Shown here in pieces: positions 31,864-42,176 of a DNA stretch of 64,000 bases. The stretch's first letter is position 1, and every line of letters begins with the position of its first letter. A program made the position numbers and the translations under genes. The DNA lies in contig JALGVJ010000014.1 of assembly GCA_029838195.1 (NCBI GenBank), forward strand, positions 1-64,000. The letters are read 5' to 3'. The notes below the pieces were generated by a model. It was given only the letters and a program-made list of their open reading frames with translations, made no database searches and was not told the origin of the DNA. The DNA comes from Promethearchaeota archaeon. GTDB lineage: Archaea; Asgardarchaeota; Lokiarchaeia; Sigyniarchaeales; SOKP01.

Positions 31864-32817
31864 ATGGTCTCCTTGAAAGAATTATGGAACGATGAGTTTG
31901 CTTGTCGTGAATGGTTTTTACCCGGCAATTCTTGCTGCGCGGGATGTGGTCTTGAAATTGCCTTGAGATGGGCAATGAAGGCATTAGGACCAAAAACTGC
32001 CTTGGTCACGCCAGCTTCTTGTTTAAACGTGGTGATTGGCTTATGGCCGAAAACAGCTCCAGACTTTCCTTTTACAAACATGGCATTCGCAGCAGGTGCA
32101 GCCGCAGCAACGGGATTTGATGCGGCTTTTAAAGCCAAGGCACATCGATTTCCCGAAGGACCGTGGAAAGAGATGACTTCCTTAGTATTTGCTGGTGATG
32201 GTGGGACTACGGATATAGGTCTTCAGGGATTGAGCGGGGCAGCAGAGCGAAATAGTGATATTATATATGTATGCTATGATAATGAGGCTTACATGAACAC
32301 GGGCATTCAGCGATCTTCAAGTACGCCCCATGGAGCTAAGACAACAACGACACCTTTTGGAAAACAGCGATATAAGAAGGACGTACCTCGGATAATGGAA
32401 GCACATGACATCCCTTATGTAGCTACAGCTTCAATCTCTCATCCATTAGACATCTATGAAAAATTTAAAAAAGCAAAAGATATTAAGGGTTGCCGTTACA
32501 TTCATATATTAGCACCATGTCCCCCAGGATGGGGTTTTCCTTCTGAGGATGCCATAGAAATAGCTAAATTGGCAGTGAAAACAGGTTTTTGGATTCTATA
32601 TGAAGTGGAAAATGGGATAAAAACCCTTTCTAAGCCCAGCAAACCCTTGATAGATCCTTCAAAACGGTTGCCCATCATTGAATATGTTTCAAAACAAAAG
32701 AGATTCTCGGGAATATCCGAAAAGACATTAATAGAACTTCAAGAAGAGAATGATCGGCAATGGAATCGCATCATAAATGAGCTTAAATGCCAAGAAATGA
32801 GAACCAATTCTGAATAA
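31864..32817 (+). CDS. porB: 2-oxoacid:ferredoxin oxidoreductase beta subunit
   Basis: CAGCG, GDGG TPP motif, YDNEAYMNTG, PCPPGW. Confidence 0.92.
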   Translation: MVSLKELWNDEFACREWFLPGNSCCAGCGLEIALRWAMKALGPKTALVTPASCLNVVIGLWPKTAPDFPFTNMAFAAGAAAATGFDAAFKAKAHRFPEGPWKEMTSLVFAGDGGTTDIGLQGLSGAAERNSDIIYVCYDNEAYMNTGIQRSSSTPHGAKTTTTPFGKQRYKKDVPRIMEAHDIPYVATASISHPLDIYEKFKKAKDIKGCRYIHILAPCPPGWGFPSEDAIEIAKLAVKTGFWILYEVENGIKTLSKPSKPLIDPSKRLPIIEYVSKQKRFSGISEKTLIELQEENDRQWNRIINELKCQEMRTNSE

Positions 32818-32906
32818 TTTAAAATTTTCATTTTTTATTTAGATCTTAACTTTTTTATGGAACAAACTCCTTATTTTAATGAAATAAAAGGAGGTAGAGG
32901 AGAGCC

Positions 32907-33566
32907 ATGGGATTCCTCATTAGAGTAGCTGGTAAAAATATTGAAGATACTAAGATGTTTTTAGATATTGCCGTAGATTACATAATTGAAGGAAAGATAG
33001 TGGCATTTCCCATGGATAGCGTGTATGGTTTGGGAGGCGACCCCTTAAATCTTGACGTTATTGAGCGATTAAACCAGATTAAATTTCAGGAGGAAAATAA
33101 AGGATTTTTCTTATTATTAACCGACATGGAAGAAGCAGTAAAGATAGCAGAATTCAATCCCATGGCTCTAAAATTGGCAAAGAAATTTTGGCCGGGCCAA
33201 CTTAATTTAGTTTTAAAGAGGAAAAGTCCTAGCATCATACCGCCTGAAGTGAGTCTGCATGCGGATACGATTGGAATCCAAGTACCTCAGAACCAACTCA
33301 TTCTCACGATCTTGAACTTATTGAAAGAGAGAGGATATTTTGCGGGAATCCTGGCCACTTCTGCGAATTATTCTGATGAGCCTCCTTCGATTAGCGGAAA
33401 AGAAGTAGTACGGAAATTTTTAACTCAAATAGATTTAATTTTAGATGGAGGAGTTTCTGAATTTAAAATTCCCACGACAATGGTAGATTGCACTGGAGAT
33501 ACTCCCGTTTTTCTGCGCATTGGCGTTTTAAAGGAAGAACAGATCTTGGAGGCATTAAAAGAATGA
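32907..33566 (+). CDS. TsaC/Sua5 (YrdC) family protein, divergent active site
   Basis: VAFP.D.VYGL, FWPG.L, TSAN.S, D.G...PTT.VD, LRIG. Confidence 0.85.
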   Translation: MGFLIRVAGKNIEDTKMFLDIAVDYIIEGKIVAFPMDSVYGLGGDPLNLDVIERLNQIKFQEENKGFFLLLTDMEEAVKIAEFNPMALKLAKKFWPGQLNLVLKRKSPSIIPPEVSLHADTIGIQVPQNQLILTILNLLKERGYFAGILATSANYSDEPPSISGKEVVRKFLTQIDLILDGGVSEFKIPTTMVDCTGDTPVFLRIGVLKEEQILEALKE

Positions 33567-33589
33567 GAAAGAAGAGTTGATGAGATGGC

Positions 33590-34132
33590 TTGAATAATTT
33601 TAATCTACTTGTATCTACTTCAAGATATAATGAAATAAATGCGGAAGCCGAGATTTGGTTTTGTTTATTGCTCTGTGGGGATGATTATCCGATAATTTCC
33701 AAGTTGGATTTTCCAGGGTTAGTTATTGCGTTGACTAACAAGGATCCTAAGAAGGTAATTCAAGAGTTACGCAAAATTTTAGAGAATGACCCAAGTTTTT
33801 TCCAATTCATTTTAAAAATCATTCCAATAGACATGGTATGTTATACCAATACAAATATAATTAAAGAATTAATTAAGGAATCGTATAGAAAATATATTGA
33901 TGAACATGAAACTTTTAGAATAATTTTAAATCGTAGAAAGCATGAAAATATCGAGCGTGAAACATTCATAAATACTATTGCTAGCGTGATCGATAATAAA
34001 GTAGATTTGGAAAATCCGGATAAAATTGTGAGAATTGAAATTTTAGGTAATACATGTGGTATTGCGTTCCTCAAGAATGGGGATATCCTCCAGATTTCTG
34101 CTGAATTTCATGAAGAGGAAAATTCATTCTAA
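33590..34132 (+). CDS. THUMP-domain RNA-binding protein (Tan1-like)
   Basis: LKIIPID, TFRI...RR, KVDLENPD.IV.IEIL. Confidence 0.85.
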   Translation: MNNFNLLVSTSRYNEINAEAEIWFCLLLCGDDYPIISKLDFPGLVIALTNKDPKKVIQELRKILENDPSFFQFILKIIPIDMVCYTNTNIIKELIKESYRKYIDEHETFRIILNRRKHENIERETFINTIASVIDNKVDLENPDKIVRIEILGNTCGIAFLKNGDILQISAEFHEEENSF

Positions 34133-34780
34133 GGAAACTTTTTCTAAACTTAATAATGCCATTTCTTCACATATTAAGTCCAATAATACTTTTTCTGCTA
34201 TTTCAGGTTCCGAGTAGAGGGTATTCAAGGATCCCTGTTTTATTCCATGGGATTCCAGAATGATTTTAATTTGCTCCTTATTAAATTTATAGAAATTTTT
34301 AATTTTTTCTAATTTATTGCTTGTTAAGCTTTCAAATTTCACATCACATTCTTTAGTCTTAAATTGTTCTTCTACTTCTTTCATGATTTTTTCACAATTA
34401 TTTTCTGAGGAGATGATGCAGCAAGGAATTCTTTTTTTTAATAATAGTTCATTAGTAACGCCAAAATACTTGAGAGCATTAATAATTTGCCGATTAGCGG
34501 ATAAATAGAGGAGGAATTCAATATTTTTAGATTGAGAGATATTAGTGTTATTAGCAAAAGCTTTTTGAACAAAATAAATAGCAGAATAAACATGATCTTC
34601 ATTTAAAATGTATTCGTCATTGAAAAGTTGGATGACAACCTGATTATTTTTTTTTTGAATGGAATCAATAACTTTAAAAGCGGAATCCAAGTCAAGATTA
34701 CTCTTTTGAAGATCTAATTGGCACAATCCTACAAAATATAATAGTTCTAAATCTTCAATATAAAATTCTTCTACAATCAT
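34124..34780 (-). CDS. cgi121: KEOPS complex subunit Cgi121
   Basis: H...A..A, NIS....EFLLYLSANRQI..AL..FG, C-terminal E.MAL. Confidence 0.85.
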   Translation of the reverse strand: MIVEEFYIEDLELLYFVGLCQLDLQKSNLDLDSAFKVIDSIQKKNNQVVIQLFNDEYILNEDHVYSAIYFVQKAFANNTNISQSKNIEFLLYLSANRQIINALKYFGVTNELLLKKRIPCCIISSENNCEKIMKEVEEQFKTKECDVKFESLTSNKLEKIKNFYKFNKEQIKIILESHGIKQGSLNTLYSEPEIAEKVLLDLICEEMALLSLEKVSLE

Positions 34781-34793
34781 GCGTGGTCACGGT

Positions 34794-35561
34794 TCATAAT
34801 GGTAAAGTCCATTGAAGCCAAGAGGGCATTTGAGAGAAATTAATTCTGATAATAATTAAACATATTAGAAAGAATATTAAGTAACTGGTAAAGAACCAAT
34901 CTTTTAAAGTGTATTTGATTTCATGATAAAAGGTCCTTCTTTTCTTGGAGCCAAAGGCTCTTGATTCTAAAGCTTCAGCCACGTTAAATGCTCTCCTGAT
35001 AGAACATATTATCAAGGGAATTAATAAGGGAAATAAATTCTTGATCTGATTAATAATGCCTTTTTGTTCCATTTCATATCCCCTACTTTTTTGGGCATCG
35101 ATGATGTTCTGAGCTTCCATGGCTATTGTCGGTACGAACCGAAAGGCTAATGAAAATGAAAATCCATATTCATAGGGAATTTTTATGGAGATTAAAGAAA
35201 GTGCTAAATCATTCGGATCCACGGTTAAAAAAAAGATGGAGAATGCAGAGAGCATGATCATTATTCTCAATACCATGGCCAAGGCAAAATTTAATGAGAG
35301 AAAAAGGGTATTAAGTAGGATGATGAGAAAGATGAGAAAAGACATGCCTTGCACGCTTTTCCACCATTCTTTTATCATTTTGCCTAATAATACGATAGGG
35401 AGGATGCTTATAAAAATGATAAATAAGGGCATGATTTCCGTGAAAAGCAAGGCACTAATAGCGTAAGTTAAAGCAAATAGGAATTTCGCACGGGGATCTA
35501 ACTCATGAATTAAAGAATCTTTTTTAAGAAACTTGAAGGCTTCTAAAAATTGTAGGGACAT
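34794..35561 (-). CDS. ecfT: ECF transporter transmembrane component T
   Basis: LDPRAK, RFVPT, AQKSRG and ALESRAF Arg motifs. Confidence 0.92.
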   Translation of the reverse strand: MSLQFLEAFKFLKKDSLIHELDPRAKFLFALTYAISALLFTEIMPLFIIFISILPIVLLGKMIKEWWKSVQGMSFLIFLIILLNTLFLSLNFALAMVLRIMIMLSAFSIFFLTVDPNDLALSLISIKIPYEYGFSFSLAFRFVPTIAMEAQNIIDAQKSRGYEMEQKGIINQIKNLFPLLIPLIICSIRRAFNVAEALESRAFGSKKRRTFYHEIKYTLKDWFFTSYLIFFLICLIIIRINFSQMPSWLQWTLPL

Positions 35562-35572
35562 GTTTCTTTAAT

Positions 35573-36427
35573 TTAACTATTTCCTCTTGTTTTTAAAAAT
35601 TCTTGAATAAATTGTATCATATCGTTAGGACTATGAATCTCTTTAGTAATTTTAATGCCCATTTGTTCTAAAGACTCTTTAAACGAATAAATTTGGGGTA
35701 AAATGAGAGAGCCTTTTTTAATCAATGCTTTATTTTTTAATACTAATCTTGTCGGGCCATCTGCCAAAATTTCTCCCTTTTGCATTAAAATTATTCGAGG
35801 CAGATGTTCCATCGCAAATTCTACATCATGGGTGACGATAATAATAGTTTTTTTCTTTTTCTTTTCCTTTTCTAAAAGCTTTAAGAAGAATTGGTTGTTT
35901 TTATAATCTTGTCCAATGGTAGGTTCATCAAAGATTAAGATTTCGGGATCTCTACAGATGATGGAAGCAACGGAGAGTTTTTTCATTTCGCCTCCTGAAA
36001 GATTTAAGGGAGAGCGGGTTTTATATTGATTTAAATCAAAATCCGTGAGGATCGATTGAATAATCTTATTGTATTCTTCTTTATTGATATCTGTACTTTT
36101 TAAGGAGAATTTGATTTCATCTTCTACCGTATTAGAAAATAATTGATGATTGGGATTTTGAAAAACAAGACCAATTTCTTTTGATAAAGAGGCTGTAGAT
36201 TCGGTATTAATATCATTTCCTTTATAAAATATCGACCCTCGAGTAGGACGGAGGAGTCCATTAAACATTTTGATTAAAGTTGTTTTTCCAGCTCCATTAC
36301 TTCCCATTAATCCCACAATTTCACCTTTTTGTACAGAAAAAGTAATATCTTTAAGCACATTCTCATGAGTATTCGGATATTTATACCAAACATGTAGTAC
36401 GCTAAGAATGGGAGGTTTTTCGGTCAT
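35573..36427 (-). CDS. ecfA2: ECF transporter ATPase
   Basis: GSNGAGKTT, FQNP, LSGGE, FDEPT. Confidence 0.9.
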   Translation of the reverse strand: MTEKPPILSVLHVWYKYPNTHENVLKDITFSVQKGEIVGLMGSNGAGKTTLIKMFNGLLRPTRGSIFYKGNDINTESTASLSKEIGLVFQNPNHQLFSNTVEDEIKFSLKSTDINKEEYNKIIQSILTDFDLNQYKTRSPLNLSGGEMKKLSVASIICRDPEILIFDEPTIGQDYKNNQFFLKLLEKEKKKKKTIIIVTHDVEFAMEHLPRIILMQKGEILADGPTRLVLKNKALIKKGSLILPQIYSFKESLEQMGIKITKEIHSPNDMIQFIQEFLKTRGNS

Positions 36428-36439
36428 TTTTTCGAGTTA

Positions 36440-37285
36440 TTATTCTAAAGAATAATTTTTGATCCAATTTATTGCGCTTTCGATTGAAATAGGGATATTT
36501 CCTCGAAATAATCTTTTTTCCTTTAATTCATGAAAAACGGAATAAATCATGGGTTTATTAATTTCAATTTTTGGATATAGTTCTCCATTAACGATATTTT
36601 TGGCAGAATCATAAGCAAGCACCTTACCATCTTTCATGAGTATGATCTCATCCACTAAAGGCATAATTAGATCCATGCGATGCTCGCTAATAATTACGGT
36701 TAATTCCAATTTTTTTTGAATCTCTTTTAACACGGAGAGAATTTTACGAGCAAAATAGGGATCGAGAGTAGCAGTAGGTTCATCCAAAACCAAGATCTTT
36801 GGCTCTAAAACGAGAATTGAAGCAATAGCTACTCTTTGTTGCTCTCCTCCGCTTAAATTAAAAGGTGCTTTATCCATGAGATGCTGAATGTCCATTAATT
36901 CCGATACTTGTTCAATTTTTTCTTTAATGATTTCTCTGGGTACTCCTAAGTTTTCCAAGCCAAAAGCAATTTCATATTCCACGTTCATGGCAATGAGTTG
37001 ATTTTCAGGATTTTGAAACACGATGCCAACTTCCGTGGACAAATCAGCTATTGACGTGGTCGTGGTATCTTTTCCATTTACGAATACATTACCTTTATAA
37101 TAGCCGGCATAAAATTGGGGAATTAGACCATTCATGCATCTAATTAGGGAAGTCTTACCCGAACCCGTTTCTCCTGCTAATAAAATGAATTTATTTTTAG
37201 AAATTTTTAAATTGATATCATCTAGGGCATGTTTTTCATTTCCTTTATAGCGAAAATAAAAATGTTTAAATTCTATTATAGCCAT
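36440..37285 (-). CDS. ecfA1: ECF transporter ATPase
   Basis: GETGSGKT, FQNPENQ, LSGGEQQR, LDEPT. Confidence 0.9.
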   Translation of the reverse strand: MAIIEFKHFYFRYKGNEKHALDDINLKISKNKFILLAGETGSGKTSLIRCMNGLIPQFYAGYYKGNVFVNGKDTTTTSIADLSTEVGIVFQNPENQLIAMNVEYEIAFGLENLGVPREIIKEKIEQVSELMDIQHLMDKAPFNLSGGEQQRVAIASILVLEPKILVLDEPTATLDPYFARKILSVLKEIQKKLELTVIISEHRMDLIMPLVDEIILMKDGKVLAYDSAKNIVNGELYPKIEINKPMIYSVFHELKEKRLFRGNIPISIESAINWIKNYSLE

Positions 37286-37326
37286 GAATGCTTACTTCTT
37301 TTCCGCTAATTAATGTATTAAAACGG

Positions 37327-38376
37327 TCATTCATTTAAAATTTTTAGAATTTTTTTTAGGATTTCTTCAACCGTGCGTTCTAATGATTTTTGACCATTAA
37401 GGGAGGCTGCGCACGGATGTCCTCCTCCATTTCCATCGGATATATCAGAGACCGATTGAAGAATTTCACTTAAATTCAATCCATATTGATCACATAATTT
37501 CATTTTAGCTCGCATGCTGATTCTAAAATGTTCTCGCCTTTTTTTTGAGTATACCAAGCTAACATCGCATCCAATTTTTACTAAAAGAGAAGCCAAATCC
37601 GCTTCATGGCTTCCCACGTGAGAGATTCCAATTAGCCACCCCTTTTTTTTCATGAGCTTAAGTCTTTGTAGGCCTTTAATCATCGCAATTTTCTCGGAAA
37701 GGGAAGGCTCCTCTTCAAGCATTTCCATGACATCCTTGATCAGTATGTCTTTTTCATTAAGAAGTAAAGCCGCTCTTTTGATGGTATCATTATTTCCATG
37801 CATGAAAAACCCGCTATCAATTAAAAGACCGGCGAGTAATAGAAATTTAAGGGAAGTAGGTAATTTAATATCAAGGATTTTACCAATTTCCCAGATGATT
37901 TCAGAAGTGGAAGAAAATTGAGGAAGAATGAGATTAAATTCGGTTAAATTAGAATTCTGTTTCATTATTGTCGGAACATGATGATCAATAAAAAAATAGG
38001 GGTAATTTTTTAGCGTGAAATTTAATTCTCTCATGAAAGTAATTTGATTCGGATTATTTGTATCTAATATAATGATAACATCGCCAAGGAAAGATGGGGG
38101 ATTAGACTCCAACTCAATTGATATTTCGGGAAATTTTTGTTTAAATTTATGAAGATAAGTTTGAGATGATTTTGATAAGCGAGCATGAAGGATGAACTTT
38201 TTTTTTTTATCTTGGAAAGCAAGGGTGAGAACGTGTTTAAAAACAACCAATGAGGCAAGTGCATCAATATCCGCTTGATCATGAGTAGTTAATAGAATTT
38301 TAGATTTATCCTTGAGAAAAGCTATTATTTTAAAAACCACTTGTTCAAGTTCAGATGCTTGATTATTCTTTTTCAA
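37327..38376 (-). CDS. DHH/DHHA1 family phosphoesterase
   Basis: H..AD.DA, ILDT, IDHH, DSG, GGGH..AA. Confidence 0.9.
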   Translation of the reverse strand: MKKNNQASELEQVVFKIIAFLKDKSKILLTTHDQADIDALASLVVFKHVLTLAFQDKKKKFILHARLSKSSQTYLHKFKQKFPEISIELESNPPSFLGDVIIILDTNNPNQITFMRELNFTLKNYPYFFIDHHVPTIMKQNSNLTEFNLILPQFSSTSEIIWEIGKILDIKLPTSLKFLLLAGLLIDSGFFMHGNNDTIKRAALLLNEKDILIKDVMEMLEEEPSLSEKIAMIKGLQRLKLMKKKGWLIGISHVGSHEADLASLLVKIGCDVSLVYSKKRREHFRISMRAKMKLCDQYGLNLSEILQSVSDISDGNGGGHPCAASLNGQKSLERTVEEILKKILKILNE

Positions 38377-38503
38377 AAAAACCGCATCCTATTCTCATGA
38401 ATTATACTAATTAGATTGAATGAACGGGATGTTAAAAAAACTTGAAATAATCAGAAAAAAAGCAAGAATCCTTTTCTATAATCCCTTGAAGGAACATATT
38501 GAT

Positions 38504-38866
38504 TTAAACGCTCTGATTGCGCAAATCTGATTCAAGCGATTTTCTCATGGTATCAATTTGATTTTTCGTGCGGTCGAGCTTTTGTGCTAAGGTCTTAGAT
38601 CTCATTTCTAGCGTTGCTTTCATTGACTTTTTTTCCGCCAATAATTTATTTCTATCGCAGCGGACTAATATACCGCCTATCGATTTATATACAATTTCCT
38701 CGGGATTTGTTTTTTCTAATTCTTCGATAGCTAATTCCGTTTCTCGCAACGAGGTATCAATTTTAAGTTTTTGAGCAGTTAAATAGTCAAAAGTTTGCTG
38801 TAATTTCTGAAAGTTCAATATTTTTTGTTTAACATCTTCGCTTAAATTATCTAAATTAATTGACAT
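38504..38866 (-). CDS. pfdB: Prefoldin beta subunit
   Basis: Coiled coil - VYKSIGGILV hairpin - coiled coil; conserved position in the exosome superoperon. Confidence 0.92.
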   Translation of the reverse strand: MSINLDNLSEDVKQKILNFQKLQQTFDYLTAQKLKIDTSLRETELAIEELEKTNPEEIVYKSIGGILVRCDRNKLLAEKKSMKATLEMRSKTLAQKLDRTKNQIDTMRKSLESDLRNQSV

Positions 38867-38946
38867 GATTTTTTCTTCAATCTTTCTTTTTTAATTATAT
38901 TATTTTATTGGGTTATTAGAAATGTTAAAAAATTTTGGATTTTAAT

Positions 38947-39219
38947 TCATGATTGGGCAATGATCTGAATTGAATTTTCTACGATTTTTCCTAACGTAAT
39001 GATATCATTGATGGAGGCTCGAAACGCCGTGATATCCTTGCTCTTAATTTCAAAGGATAATAAATTTTTTTTCTTTTTTTTCATACTAATTTGGGAGCGT
39101 TTTGTTTGAAGTCTTTTTAATTCGGGAAGATAAGAATTATACGCAATATTTCGATATCGTGAATTGTTAAAAATAAAATTAATCTTCCCTTGAATAAAAA
39201 AAGCGCTCGAAATTTGCAT
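38947..39219 (-). CDS. pcc1: KEOPS complex subunit Pcc1
   Basis: RS......L.FEI.S.DITAFRASIN; lies downstream of rpl37ae. Confidence 0.85.
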   Translation of the reverse strand: MQISSAFFIQGKINFIFNNSRYRNIAYNSYLPELKRLQTKRSQISMKKKKKNLLSFEIKSKDITAFRASINDIITLGKIVENSIQIIAQS

Positions 39220-39521
39220 TATTCTTCAATTACTTCCAATTCTCTTTGCTTGCGTTTAGAGATTCTGGAAGATTCTAATCCTCTTTGGGTTATTATATAA
39301 TAGGCACCGCCCGTAAATTTCGCATCACATTTTCTACAATGCCATATACCAGTAGAAACTCTATGGACGGCTCCTCTATACTCGCAACGAGGACATTTGA
39401 TCTTCCCCTTCTCCCGTTCCATGACTTTTCTCCAGCGCTTTCTTAAAGTGGTACCGTATCGAGCACCAAATCTCCCGCTAATACCGCTCTTTGATTTTTT
39501 TCTTGCCAAAACCCGCACCAA
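39219..39521 (-). CDS. rpl37ae: 50S ribosomal protein L37Ae (eL43)
   Basis: GRFGARYG, CPRC...GIWHCRKC, FTGGAY. Confidence 0.95.
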   Translation of the reverse strand: MVRVLARKKSKSGISGRFGARYGTTLRKRWRKVMEREKGKIKCPRCEYRGAVHRVSTGIWHCRKCDAKFTGGAYYIITQRGLESSRISKRKQRELEVIEE

Positions 39522-39630
39522 TCAATAATTAATCTTGAGTATTAAATGTTCAAACATGAAATAAAATAAAATTTTTACTAATTTCATGATTTTCTGGCAA
39601 AATTAATAGAGACAAAAAAAAATTTTGGGG

Positions 39631-40470
39631 TTAAGACCCATATTGTCTTAAATTCAATTTTTTTCTAAGATCTTCTGCGATTTCTAAAGTTTTTTTACCC
39701 AAAAATTTCAACTCATCAATACTAAACGTAGCAGGACCACTTTTTTGAATGGAGGTGATCTTATTATTTTCCGTTACTGAAATGGAGATTCTCCCATCTG
39801 AGACTAATTCTTCTGGCAGACTGGGGTCTAAAAATAAAATATCATCGATTTTACCATATGTTACAACGATGGGTAATTCATTAATGATTTGATTACTCGT
39901 CAAATAATTTCCAGTCCATTCCACGCTTCCACCATTGTCTCCTTCTTTCCATTTTCCTTCCGGAATGCGCATTGAAAGTAAGGCTGTTAAAGCTCCAATC
40001 CCTCCACAATCCACTAAATTTCCCCCATGATTAATCACATACATGTCCACGTATAATATATAAACTGCCTTTCCTTCCTTGATACATAATTTTTTTGTTT
40101 GAAGGCAATCTGCATGACGAATTCCTCTATCCACGACTCTCGCTAATTCTATGGATTGCTCATCTGGAGGGCCACTTTCAAAAAGAGGAGAAGCTAAGGG
40201 AAGCAATTCTGCCATGATAGTACATACACCTTCATCAGGCTGATCGGGAAAAGGTTCTCCGATTTCATATTTCACTCCCGTAATTATCCGACTTGCAGCT
40301 AATCGAACGTCCGAAGATCCTTCTGCGGAAGCGATACAATCCGTCTTTATATTAAAATCCCGATATTCCCATAATCCTCTTCCATCTATTCGATTTTCAT
40401 TTTTTAGATTGGATTTTATATAATTCTTCTCGATACTCGAAATCACTCTTTTAATATCCATCATGTTCAC
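39631..40470 (-). CDS. rrp42: Exosome complex subunit Rrp42
   Basis: RIDGR, PFPD.P..G, FESGPP, ELARVVDRGIR. Confidence 0.95.
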   Translation of the reverse strand: MNMMDIKRVISSIEKNYIKSNLKNENRIDGRGLWEYRDFNIKTDCIASAEGSSDVRLAASRIITGVKYEIGEPFPDQPDEGVCTIMAELLPLASPLFESGPPDEQSIELARVVDRGIRHADCLQTKKLCIKEGKAVYILYVDMYVINHGGNLVDCGGIGALTALLSMRIPEGKWKEGDNGGSVEWTGNYLTSNQIINELPIVVTYGKIDDILFLDPSLPEELVSDGRISISVTENNKITSIQKSGPATFSIDELKFLGKKTLEIAEDLRKKLNLRQYGS

Positions 40471-41255
40471 TCTTCGCCTCTTTCTTGGTTATTTTTTTCA
40501 TTTTGTTGAGATATTCGTTCTTGAATATCGATATATTTACGTTTTAAAGCATCTTTCTGGAGGTCATATATCTTTTTCAAGGCTTCTGTTGCCAAATCTA
40601 AACATTCATTATATTCTTCTAACGTCATGTCTCCATCAAATTGTAAAAGAGAAAATTCATTATTGAACCAAGTCATTGCACACGGAAGGTCTGCTTCTCC
40701 CGCTTTGTCTTCAATGCCACTCAAGTCAACGATTAATTTTCCATCAATTTTACCAACGGCAACAGCCGTTACTAAGCTTCTCATGGGAATACCCGCATCA
40801 GCTAAAGCTAACGAAGCTACCGTGGTACTTGCACATCGCGTTCCCCCATCGGCATCAATAACTTGAATAAAGACTTCAAAACTCGTTCCCGGATATAATT
40901 CGAGGAACAAAACGGGTTCCAAGCATTCACCGATGATCATGGAAATTTCCTTTTCCCTACGTCCCGGAGCGGGGCGTTTTCTTTCAAATACGGAAAACGT
41001 GGACATTCGGTAAAAAACCCGTAATATGCCCCGGTCTGGTTTAGCAAGATGATGAGGGTGGACTTCTCTGGGTCCGTAGACCGCTGCATAAATCTTATTG
41101 TTTCCCCATTCAATATATGCACTCCCGTCTGCATTATCAATAACTCCTACTTCCATTTTTATGGGCCTTAATTCAAATAGATCTCTACCATCCAGACGTT
41201 TACCATCTTCTCGGAATAATTTTTCCGGATATTCATCTTTTATTAATAACGTCAT
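40467..41255 (-). CDS. rrp41: Exosome complex exonuclease Rrp41
   Basis: RLDGR..ELRP, ADGSAYIE, YGPRE, ADGGTR, ED..GEAD. Confidence 0.96.
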   Translation of the reverse strand: MTLLIKDEYPEKLFREDGKRLDGRDLFELRPIKMEVGVIDNADGSAYIEWGNNKIYAAVYGPREVHPHHLAKPDRGILRVFYRMSTFSVFERKRPAPGRREKEISMIIGECLEPVLFLELYPGTSFEVFIQVIDADGGTRCASTTVASLALADAGIPMRSLVTAVAVGKIDGKLIVDLSGIEDKAGEADLPCAMTWFNNEFSLLQFDGDMTLEEYNECLDLATEALKKIYDLQKDALKRKYIDIQERISQQNEKNNQERGEE

Positions 41256-42056
41256 TTATTTAATCCCTCTTTTAATTTTTTCATTTTCAATAAACTCTTG
41301 CATTCTATCCGTTAGTCCAACGGTATGGGCTTCTGTCGTAATTTTATAAATCGCATCAATTAGCAGGCGCTCATGAGCAAAAGCTGCTGATGGATCGCCA
41401 TAGATTTCAGATTTAATCCAAATTCTCCCATTTTGAGTAACGAATATATTACATTTAGTTAATTTTTTTAAGATTTTAATCATGGAACCGTTTCGTCCAA
41501 TGATGCGGGGCACTTTTGGAGGTTCAATGGAAATAATTACACCTCCAGTTTTTTTCCCCAAATATTTACCAATAGTGGTTAATTCGGGTTTATTCAAGCG
41601 ATCGGCAGAAAGGACTTTAGCGATTATAGCATCTCCGATCTCATACCTCTCCACCTCTTCTCCTTTTTTATGATCTCCGATTCCCACTTTCACAATCCTT
41701 TTGAGCCGCCTTTTATCTTTTTTCATCATATTTTTTGGTTTTAAAATGGCAAAATCTTTAGCTCCAATATCACACTTGTATTTCACGGGGTTTTTATCAA
41801 TCACTATTGCTAAAACTTTATCGCCCGGACGAGGTGTATAAAAACCTCGAAGAGGTATTACATTAACATAATTTTTAGTTATTTGTTTTAATCCAATGGT
41901 TAAAGAGATGATGGCATTTTTTTTTGGATTTATAATCGTACCTCGTCCTGGTAAATAATTTTGCACGTCTTCTGTTAAGACTTCTCCGGGAATAACAATT
42001 TCCCGTGGAAGTTTATCGTCCTCAAAGACATCTTCTTCTTCAATATCTTCTTCCAT
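41256..42056 (-). CDS. rrp4: Exosome RNA-binding protein Rrp4
   Basis: VIPGE, Y.P..GD, S1 plus KH (KVPRIIG..GSM), NGRIW, EAHT.GLTD. Confidence 0.94.
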   Translation of the reverse strand: MEEDIEEEDVFEDDKLPREIVIPGEVLTEDVQNYLPGRGTIINPKKNAIISLTIGLKQITKNYVNVIPLRGFYTPRPGDKVLAIVIDKNPVKYKCDIGAKDFAILKPKNMMKKDKRRLKRIVKVGIGDHKKGEEVERYEIGDAIIAKVLSADRLNKPELTTIGKYLGKKTGGVIISIEPPKVPRIIGRNGSMIKILKKLTKCNIFVTQNGRIWIKSEIYGDPSAAFAHERLLIDAIYKITTEAHTVGLTDRMQEFIENEKIKRGIK

Positions 42057-42176
42057 TTAATAATCCACACGTTCATTTGTAATTTTAATTAATTTTATAT
42101 AATAACAAAGCATGATTATCATTCATTCATCCAAATCAAGAAATTAACAATATAGCAATTAATTAGGTTTTAAAAA

